DNA of 64,000 nt from Candidatus Actinomarina sp. (GTDB lineage: Bacteria; Actinomycetota; Acidimicrobiia; Actinomarinales; Actinomarinaceae), in assembly GCA_045563135.1 (NCBI GenBank), contig JBJKUL010000001.1, forward strand, positions 100,731 to 164,730, in the 5' to 3' direction. The position numbers and the translations under genes are program-made. The notes beneath the pieces were generated by a model. It saw only the letters and a program-made list of their open reading frames with translations, searched no databases and was not told the origin of the DNA. Within the stretch, counting starts at the first letter, position 1. Every line of letters begins with the position of its first letter. This document shows, in pieces, positions 57,053 to 64,000 of the stretch.

Positions 57053-58450
57053 CTATATTTCTCTTATATCTACAAATTTTCCATGCAATGCGGCAGCTGC
57101 AGCCATTTTTGGACTTACTAAATGGGTACGACCTCCTACACCTTGTCTACCTTCATAGTTCCTATTTGATGTAGAAGCACATCTCTCACCTGGACTTAGA
57201 ATGTCAGGATTCATTCCTAAACACATAGAACAACCAGCTTCCCTCCAGTCAAAACCTGCATCGATAAATATTTTATCTAATCCCTCATCTTCAGCTTGTT
57301 TCTTAACAAGCGTTGAACCAGGAACAACCATTGCACCGATTGTTTCGGCTACTTTTCCACCTTTTACTACTGCTGCTGCCTCTCTCAAATCTTCAATACG
57401 TCCGTTGGTACAGCTTCCTATAAAGACTCTATCTAATTGGATTTCACTAATTTTTTCTCCAGGTTCTAAGTCCATATACTCCAAGGCCCTTGTTGCTGCT
57501 TCTTTCTCAGACTCTTTTTTAAAATCATCTGGATGTGGAATCGTATCATTTATAAAAATAACTTGTGAAGGATTTGTGCCCCAGGATATTGATGGTTCCA
57601 GTTCATTTGCATTTATAGTTACAATTTTGTCAAAAGATGCATCTTCATCGGAATATAAATCACTCCATTCATTGATAGCATCGCTCCAGTCACTATCTTT
57701 AGGTGAATAGTTTTTATCTTTAAGATAATTAAAAGTTACTTCATCTGGTGCAATCATTCCTGCTCTGGCTCCACCTTCGATAGACATATTACAGATTGTC
57801 ATTCTGTTTTCCATGCTCATATTTTTGATAACGTCTCCTACGTATTCAATGACATGCCCTGCTCCACCACCAGTACCAATTTTTCTGATTATCCCTAAAA
57901 TAATATCTTTTGGACCCACTCCATCTGATACATCTCCAACAACTTCAACTTTCATTGTTTTCGGTTTTTCCATCGCCAATGTTTGAGTAGCGAGCACATG
58001 TTCCACTTCTGAAGTTCCTATACCAAAAGCTAAGGCACCGAAAGCACCATGAGTAGCAGTATGGCTGTCTCCACAGACAATTGTCATTCCTGGTTGAGTA
58101 ATTCCCTGTTCAGGACCAATTACATGGACAATACCTTGACGCGGATCGTTTATGCCAAATAACGTTACTCCAAACTCATTGCAATTATTTTCTAGAGCTT
58201 CTATCTGAATTTTTGATAGAGGATCTTTAATTCCTAATAACCTATTTGAGGTTGGGACACCATGGTCAACTGTTGCTAATGTCAATTCAGGATGTCTAAC
58301 CTTTCTATTAGATAGTCTTAAGCTATCAAAGGCCTGTGGAGACGTTACCTCATGTACAAGATGTAAATCTATAAATATTAAGTTAGTACTCGCATCAATT
58401 GAAGCAATTAAATGCTTATCCCATATTTTTTCAAATAATGTTTTTCCCAT
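57053..58450 (-). CDS. leuC: 3-isopropylmalate dehydratase large subunit
   Basis: 465 aa of the aconitase family with Cys ligands (GSCTNGR, CGDSHT, SMCLGMN). Confidence 0.9.
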   Translation of the reverse strand: MGKTLFEKIWDKHLIASIDASTNLIFIDLHLVHEVTSPQAFDSLRLSNRKVRHPELTLATVDHGVPTSNRLLGIKDPLSKIQIEALENNCNEFGVTLFGINDPRQGIVHVIGPEQGITQPGMTIVCGDSHTATHGAFGALAFGIGTSEVEHVLATQTLAMEKPKTMKVEVVGDVSDGVGPKDIILGIIRKIGTGGGAGHVIEYVGDVIKNMSMENRMTICNMSIEGGARAGMIAPDEVTFNYLKDKNYSPKDSDWSDAINEWSDLYSDEDASFDKIVTINANELEPSISWGTNPSQVIFINDTIPHPDDFKKESEKEAATRALEYMDLEPGEKISEIQLDRVFIGSCTNGRIEDLREAAAVVKGGKVAETIGAMVVPGSTLVKKQAEDEGLDKIFIDAGFDWREAGCSMCLGMNPDILSPGERCASTSNRNYEGRQGVGGRTHLVSPKMAAAAALHGKFVDIREI

Positions 58451-58482
58451 ACCAGTTACAAATTATATAATTTTTTTTAAAT

Positions 58483-59784
58483 TTAATCTATAGTGTTATT
58501 TTTTGTTTCATTAATTAGTTTTTGAGACAAAAGCCTAGGTGCACTTAAAAAAAGAATAAGCATAAAAATACCACCCAATAAAAAGGGAAATCTTAAAGCA
58601 AATTCTCTTGAAAATGAATTATTAAGAATTTTAACTAAAGCACCCCCAAAAAGTGCACCTATAGGATTTAATCCAAGCGCCAAAAGGCGATAAACGCTAT
58701 TCACTCTTCCTAATAAATTATCTGGAATCAAAGATTGTCTTATCGATACTGCCTGAACATTCCATAAAACACTTCCAAAACTACTAAGGCCAAATGATCC
58801 AGCTATAACAAAAGGATTTGAGGTCACATAAGGTGCAAACATTCCAATGCCAAACAAAGCAACAGAAATTAACAGAGTTTTGGATTCCTCAAATCTAGCA
58901 TTTACTTTGTTTGCTAATTGACTTCCAACTAAGCCACCAATAGCTGCACCATATGCGAGAAAAGAATATTGGATAGCGTTCAAGCCAATTAACTCTTGAG
59001 CAAAAAGAATCATTATTGGGAATTGCATTGAGCCAAAAAAATTTGCAATCCCAGTGTAAATTGCCAACCTCTTTAAAAGTGTATTATTTTTAAGCCAATT
59101 CACTCCTTCTTTAATCATTTCTGATGTATTTTGCTCTTTACTATTTTTCTCAGGTCTTTCAAACTTACCTTTTATTCCTATTATGAAAAAAACAGATGCC
59201 AACATTAAGAGAGTGTCAAATATAAAAGGAGTAATTAAACTTAAGCCAATTAAAAAACCACCAACAGGTGTTCCTAGAAAATTATTAGTTACAATTTCTA
59301 TTCCAAATAATCTACCATTTGCTTTAGGAAGATTATCCTTAGACACTATTTGTGGTAAGAATGCTTGAGCAGCATTATCTCTTGTTACTTCTAGTAAACC
59401 AAACATAAATGCAAGTAAATAAGCAGTTGATATTATTAAAAATTTTGATTCAAATTGAGGTTCGTTAAACTGTACTGCTTTTGGTATGCTATCTAAATTT
59501 ATAAAAATTAGAAGTATAAACATAGAAGTTAAAAAAACTTGACCCAATCTTGTGTAAATCAATATCTTCTGACGATTAAATTTATCTGCGATTACACCAG
59601 CATATAAAACAAAAATCAAACGAGGTAAGTTAACTAATACGGATACAATTGAAATTAAAAGTGGATCTCTTGTTAAAAGTGAGAACAACCACGGATATGC
59701 AAATCCTGCTATACCGTCAGCAAGATTACTAAAAGTTGATGCTGTTAATAACAAGTTAAAGTTTCTATTTGATTCTTTTTTCAT
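58483..59784 (-). CDS. MFS transporter
   Basis: 433 aa with 12 predicted TM helices and the MFS motif-A-like GVIADKFNRQK. Confidence 0.75.
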   Translation of the reverse strand: MKKESNRNFNLLLTASTFSNLADGIAGFAYPWLFSLLTRDPLLISIVSVLVNLPRLIFVLYAGVIADKFNRQKILIYTRLGQVFLTSMFILLIFINLDSIPKAVQFNEPQFESKFLIISTAYLLAFMFGLLEVTRDNAAQAFLPQIVSKDNLPKANGRLFGIEIVTNNFLGTPVGGFLIGLSLITPFIFDTLLMLASVFFIIGIKGKFERPEKNSKEQNTSEMIKEGVNWLKNNTLLKRLAIYTGIANFFGSMQFPIMILFAQELIGLNAIQYSFLAYGAAIGGLVGSQLANKVNARFEESKTLLISVALFGIGMFAPYVTSNPFVIAGSFGLSSFGSVLWNVQAVSIRQSLIPDNLLGRVNSVYRLLALGLNPIGALFGGALVKILNNSFSREFALRFPFLLGGIFMLILFLSAPRLLSQKLINETKNNTID

Positions 59785-59833
59785 ATTTCTATTTACTTAT
59801 CATTTAATCTACGCTCATTTAGAATAAAACAAC

Positions 59834-61060
59834 ATGGAAACAATAATTGAAAAATTTTTGGAAATAGCAGTAATCTTAGTTGCAGCCAAGTTTGGTGCGG
59901 AAGTTATGCGAAGGATAAACCAACCTGCAGTAATCGGTGAATTAGTTATTGGAATTTTTATTGGTTATTACGGACTTGGACTTTTACCTCATTTCGAATC
60001 TGGAGATGTCGTCTCAACTTTAGCTGAAATCGGAGTTGTACTTTTATTATTTGAAGTTGGCCTTGAAACTAATCTAGATGAATTTATTGAGCTTGGGTCG
60101 ACCTCCCTTGTCGTTGCTTTAATTGGCGTGGTTGCACCATTCGCACTTGGCTTTGGCTCTATTTTTGCACTTGGCTTAGGTGGAGAGAATCAGTTTGAAA
60201 TTGCTTTGTTTGTAGGTGCTGCAATGACCGCAACTTCTGTAGGAATAACAGCAAGAGTATTCGGCGATTTAGGTGCTTTGAAGTCCAAAGAAGCAAAGAC
60301 AATCATAGGAGCTGCAGTTGTTGATGATATTTTAGGACTGTTAATCCTTACTGTTGTTGCAGGAGTTTTGGGAAGTTCAGGAGACTTCTCATTGATAGAT
60401 CTTGGTATTATCAGTGGTAAAGCCATAGGGTTTTTAATTGCCGTAGTTTTCATTGGAAGAAAACTTTCTAAACCTATTTTTAACTTTTTTGTAAAAATAC
60501 CTTCACCTGGAACATTTGTAACTGGAAGCTTTATATTTGCTATGCTGCTAGGTGCTGCTGCACATTTTGTTGGTTTACACCCAATTGTCGGGGCATTTGC
60601 TGGTGGTGTAGTTGCTGGAGAGTCAGGGATGACTCATAGGATTAGAGAAGAAATGAAACCATTAAATTTCTTGCTGGTACCAATATTTTTCGTATATATC
60701 GGTTCTGAAGTCAACATTCAAACATTAGCTTCATTAGATGTCTTTTTATATGGTATGTTGGTTAGTTTATTGGCATTTGTTGGAAAATATGTTTCTGCAT
60801 TAGGTGCCGTTGGCAAGGGCATGAATACATCTCTTATTGGAATAGGAATGTCACCAAGAGGCGAAGTTGGATTGATTTTTGTTGCTGTGGCCACAACAAC
60901 ACTTTCAGATGTGATTACATCAGATATAATATCAATAATTATTTGGATGGTTATAGTGACAACAGTTATAGCTCCTATTTTATTGAATAGAATTTTACAA
61001 AAAGTACCATTGTCTGAAAGAGATGATGACGATAGATTTGAGTCTCCTGTAGTTGAGTAG
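59834..61060 (+). CDS. Cation:proton antiporter (CPA1/CPA2, Na+/H+ exchanger family)
   Basis: 408 aa with 11-12 TM helices and the Na_H_exchanger-family pattern. Confidence 0.75.
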   Translation: METIIEKFLEIAVILVAAKFGAEVMRRINQPAVIGELVIGIFIGYYGLGLLPHFESGDVVSTLAEIGVVLLLFEVGLETNLDEFIELGSTSLVVALIGVVAPFALGFGSIFALGLGGENQFEIALFVGAAMTATSVGITARVFGDLGALKSKEAKTIIGAAVVDDILGLLILTVVAGVLGSSGDFSLIDLGIISGKAIGFLIAVVFIGRKLSKPIFNFFVKIPSPGTFVTGSFIFAMLLGAAAHFVGLHPIVGAFAGGVVAGESGMTHRIREEMKPLNFLLVPIFFVYIGSEVNIQTLASLDVFLYGMLVSLLAFVGKYVSALGAVGKGMNTSLIGIGMSPRGEVGLIFVAVATTTLSDVITSDIISIIIWMVIVTTVIAPILLNRILQKVPLSERDDDDRFESPVVE

Positions 61061-61124
61061 TAAAAACACTCCAATAAATTAGATTTTTAGTATCATATTA
61101 TGAGTCATAACAAGGGGAAAATAA

Positions 61125-63158
61125 ATGCTTATTAATTCTATGATTGCTGCTGCTGCCGGTCTTATACTTGCAGCTTTTTATGCAAATAAAGTTTTATCAA
61201 TAAAAGTCACAGACTCAAGAGTAGAAGAGCTTTCTGCTGCTATCAGACAAGGCTCAATGGCCTTTTTAAAAAGAATGTATTCATGGATTAGTGTCTTCGT
61301 TGTAATCTTGGCTGTCTTGATTTCCACACTCACTGAATGGGGCTATCCATGGGGTTCTGTAGCATTTGTCGCAGGAGCATTACTTTCTTCACTAGCAGGA
61401 TTCGTTGGAATGAGAATTGCGACCGCAGCAAACGGTAGAACGACAGAAGCTGCCAGGGATGGCGGAACTCTAAAAGCATTACCTGTAGCATTCAGAGGTG
61501 GAGCAGTTATGGGCTTCACGGTTGCAGGTTTAGGATTATTGGGAGTAGCTTTAGGATATTGGTTATTTATCGAAGTCTTAGATCTTCCTAACGGATATGA
61601 CGTTTTAGCAGCAATAGGTCTTGGAGGTTCATCAATAGCTCTTTTCGCAAGAGTTGGTGGCGGAATTTATACAAAAGCAGCAGACGTAGGGGCAGACTTG
61701 GTAGGTAAGGTTGAAGCAGGAATTCCTGAGGATGATCCAAGAAACCCTGCCACAATAGCTGACAATGTTGGAGATAATGTTGGGGACGTTGCCGGAATGG
61801 GTGCAGATCTTTTCGAAAGTTATGTAGGGTCACTTGTTGCACCACTGGCATATGCTGCAATTGTTTTTGCTGGGCAAAGTGTACTTCCTTCTTTATTGCT
61901 TTTCCCACTAGCTGTGGGAACAATAGGTATGGGAGCATCAATTCTCTCTTCATTTTTAGTTGTTCCTAAAGAAGGAAAGCTTGCACAAGCTCTTCATAGA
62001 GGTACATACAGTGCAGCGCTGTTAACTGTTGTAGGGGTTTACTTTTTAAGTGACTTCATGTTTGCTGATTATGCAGAAAATCCTATCGGATTATTCTTCT
62101 CAGTCATAATTGGACTTGGTGTTGGACTACTAGTAGGTCAAATTTCAGAATGGTTCACATCTGATCATTATTCAATTGTTAAAAATATTGCTGATCAAGC
62201 AAAAACTGGTCCAGCAACACTAGTGTTATCAGGTATATCTGAAGGTATGAGATCAGCAGCTTTTTCAGTGATCGTAGTTGTTTTCGGAATTTATGGTGCG
62301 TATACAGCAGGTGACTGGGCATTAGGTGCTGATGGAGGAATCTATGGTATTGCTATTGCTGCAATTGGAGTTTTGTCTACATTAGGGATAACAGTAGCAG
62401 TAGATGCTTATGGTCCAATCGCCGATAATGCTGGAGGAATTGCTGAAATGGCACACTTACCTCCAGAAGTAAGAGAAGCAACTGATGAATTAGACTCTCT
62501 AGGAAATACAACAGCGGCAATCGCAAAAGGGTTTGCTATTGGTTCTGCAGCAGTTACAGCATTAGCTTTATTCTCAGCTTTTGTCCAAAGTGCTGGTATC
62601 GAAAAATTAGATATTACAGAGGTAGAAGTAACCTTAGGCTTATTTTTGGGAGGTATGTTTCCATTTTTATTTGCAGCCATGACCATTAATGCGGTGGGAA
62701 GAGCAGCATTTAAAATGATTGAAGAAGTTAGACGACAATTTAATGAAATCCCTGGATTGAGAGAAGGAAAAGAAGGAGTTGTTCCTGACTATACAAAATG
62801 TGTAGACATAGCCACAACTGCAGCATTAAAAGAAATGTTGCTACCTGGTGGTTTAGCCATTGCCCTTCCATTAATCATTGGTTTTTGGGACAAGGAGGCA
62901 CTGGGAGGTTTCTTAGCTGGCTCATTGGTTACTGGATTTCTCTTAGCAATATTTATGGCTAACTCTGGTGGAGCTTGGGATAATGCTAAAAAATATATTG
63001 AAGCTGGAGGTGGAGCAGGAAAGGGTTCTGACGAACACAAAGCTGCTGTGATCGGGGACACAATTGGAGATCCTTTTAAAGACACATCTGGACCTGCAAT
63101 GAATATTGTTATCAAAGTAATGACAATTGTAAGTTTGATATTTGCGTCTGCTTTTTAA
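61125..63158 (+). CDS. hppA: Membrane-bound pyrophosphatase (K+-dependent type, H+- or Na+-translocating)
   Basis: GDTIGDPFKDTSGPAMNI, DNVGDNVGD and the GNTTAA motif. Ala rather than Lys in that motif marks the K+-dependent class. Confidence 0.95.
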   Translation: MLINSMIAAAAGLILAAFYANKVLSIKVTDSRVEELSAAIRQGSMAFLKRMYSWISVFVVILAVLISTLTEWGYPWGSVAFVAGALLSSLAGFVGMRIATAANGRTTEAARDGGTLKALPVAFRGGAVMGFTVAGLGLLGVALGYWLFIEVLDLPNGYDVLAAIGLGGSSIALFARVGGGIYTKAADVGADLVGKVEAGIPEDDPRNPATIADNVGDNVGDVAGMGADLFESYVGSLVAPLAYAAIVFAGQSVLPSLLLFPLAVGTIGMGASILSSFLVVPKEGKLAQALHRGTYSAALLTVVGVYFLSDFMFADYAENPIGLFFSVIIGLGVGLLVGQISEWFTSDHYSIVKNIADQAKTGPATLVLSGISEGMRSAAFSVIVVVFGIYGAYTAGDWALGADGGIYGIAIAAIGVLSTLGITVAVDAYGPIADNAGGIAEMAHLPPEVREATDELDSLGNTTAAIAKGFAIGSAAVTALALFSAFVQSAGIEKLDITEVEVTLGLFLGGMFPFLFAAMTINAVGRAAFKMIEEVRRQFNEIPGLREGKEGVVPDYTKCVDIATTAALKEMLLPGGLAIALPLIIGFWDKEALGGFLAGSLVTGFLLAIFMANSGGAWDNAKKYIEAGGGAGKGSDEHKAAVIGDTIGDPFKDTSGPAMNIVIKVMTIVSLIFASAF

Positions 63159-63202
63159 ATCCATAAAAACTAATTAAAGACGTATAATATTACTCAGTAC
63201 TA

Positions 63203-64000
63203 ATGAGAATTTTACTGATAACTAATGACTGGTTCCCAAAAAAAGGGGGAATAAGCACGTATTTAGCAAATTTAGTTGACTCAGTCGATCACGAATTTGT
63301 TATTTATGCTCCTAAATGGGTTGAAGGTGAAAATACAATAGCTGCTTCGTCAGATTTTCTTGTTAACAGCAAAGCAACAGTTAATGAGATTACAGAAATT
63401 GTTCACACTGAAAACATAGATATTATTCTTCATGGCTCCAGCAATCCACAGTTCTTACTGGTAAATAAATTAGATCAGATCTCAAATCCCAATAATCCTA
63501 AGAACATAAAAATCCCTCAGTATATGATCTGTCACGGAGCAGAATTTAATATATTGAATTACATCCCAGTTGTCAGACGTTTGCTGAGGAAGAGTCTAAA
63601 CAAGCTAAATAAAATATTTACTGTCAGTGAGTTTTCAAAGAAAAAACTGCAAGACATTACTGATACTGAAATTATAAATATTGGTGCCGGTATCGAAGTA
63701 CCAGCTTTTAATAAAGAATTTGACACAAACAAAGTTCTAAAAATAGGAGTAATGAGTCGTTTTGTCTCAAGAAAAAAGATTGACTGGGTTATTGATGCAG
63801 TGCATGAACTTAAAGAAACTGGTAACAATATTGAATTAGATATTATGGGATTTGGAAAACAAAAAAATTATCTCAACAGATTATCTCTAGTCTCTTCAGC
63901 AAAGGTCAATTTTGTGAATGAAAAAAATGATGAAGAATCTAATTTTTATGAAGACATTGACATCTTTGTTATGCCTTCAAAGTCAAAGTACTTTGGTGCT
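63203..64000 (+). CDS. Glycosyltransferase (GT4-like), 3'-truncated by the window edge
   Basis: ATG 63203. MRILLITNDWFPKKGGISTYL is a typical GT4 N-terminal (ITND.FPP.GGI) pattern. The ORF continues beyond 64000. Confidence 0.55.
   Translation, partial: MRILLITNDWFPKKGGISTYLANLVDSVDHEFVIYAPKWVEGENTIAASSDFLVNSKATVNEITEIVHTENIDIILHGSSNPQFLLVNKLDQISNPNNPKNIKIPQYMICHGAEFNILNYIPVVRRLLRKSLNKLNKIFTVSEFSKKKLQDITDTEIINIGAGIEVPAFNKEFDTNKVLKIGVMSRFVSRKKIDWVIDAVHELKETGNNIELDIMGFGKQKNYLNRLSLVSSAKVNFVNEKNDEESNFYEDIDIFVMPSKSKYFGA

Overview
The window is AT-rich (roughly one-third GC by eye), gene-dense and looks like a streamlined genome. Many start/stop codons overlap (ATGA, or AATGATTAA at two junctions). 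Gene content points to an actinobacterium-like marine lineage: the dnaK-grpE-dnaJ-hspR operon order, an HrdB-like principal sigma factor, heme A/O synthases, and an LLM (possibly F420-type) oxidoreductase. Most of the window is core metabolism: chaperones; NadE; a caa3-type cytochrome oxidase cluster ctaC(c-fused)-ctaD-ctaE-ctaF-ctaG with ctaB nearby and ctaA separate; isocitrate lyase; PepN; Gnd; HflX; TypA; LeuCD; TldD/PmbA; H+/Na+-PPase; and several transporters. The main discovery is a selenocysteine-decoding trait that the ORF track does not show. First, an unannotated 95-nt tRNA-Sec (selC, anticodon UCA, 13-bp acceptor/T helix, long variable arm) lies on the minus strand at 46362..46456. 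Second, selD is itself a selenoprotein. Its true start is ATG 17871 behind a strong RBS, with an in-frame UGA at 17904..17906 sitting exactly at the catalytic Cys17 position (GSG-U-ACK). The ORF track truncated this gene to a TTG start at 17943. Secondary observations are: a 400-nt gap upstream of dnaK holding a small Cys-rich ORF and a perfect 9-bp inverted repeat that looks like a divergent HspR operator; perfect in-frame tandem coding repeats in grpE and in a membrane protein; a lipoprotein fusing a cupredoxin domain, a NosD-like beta-helix and a PLDc_N-like membrane anchor, next to a DsrE-like gene; a 6-TM voltage-sensor K+ channel; a bacterial IDO-like heme dioxygenase translationally coupled to an AlaDH-family gene; and a fused NarI-like/HdrD-like Fe-S membrane oxidoreductase. 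No CRISPR array, no transposase or other mobile-element gene, and no clear defence island were seen.
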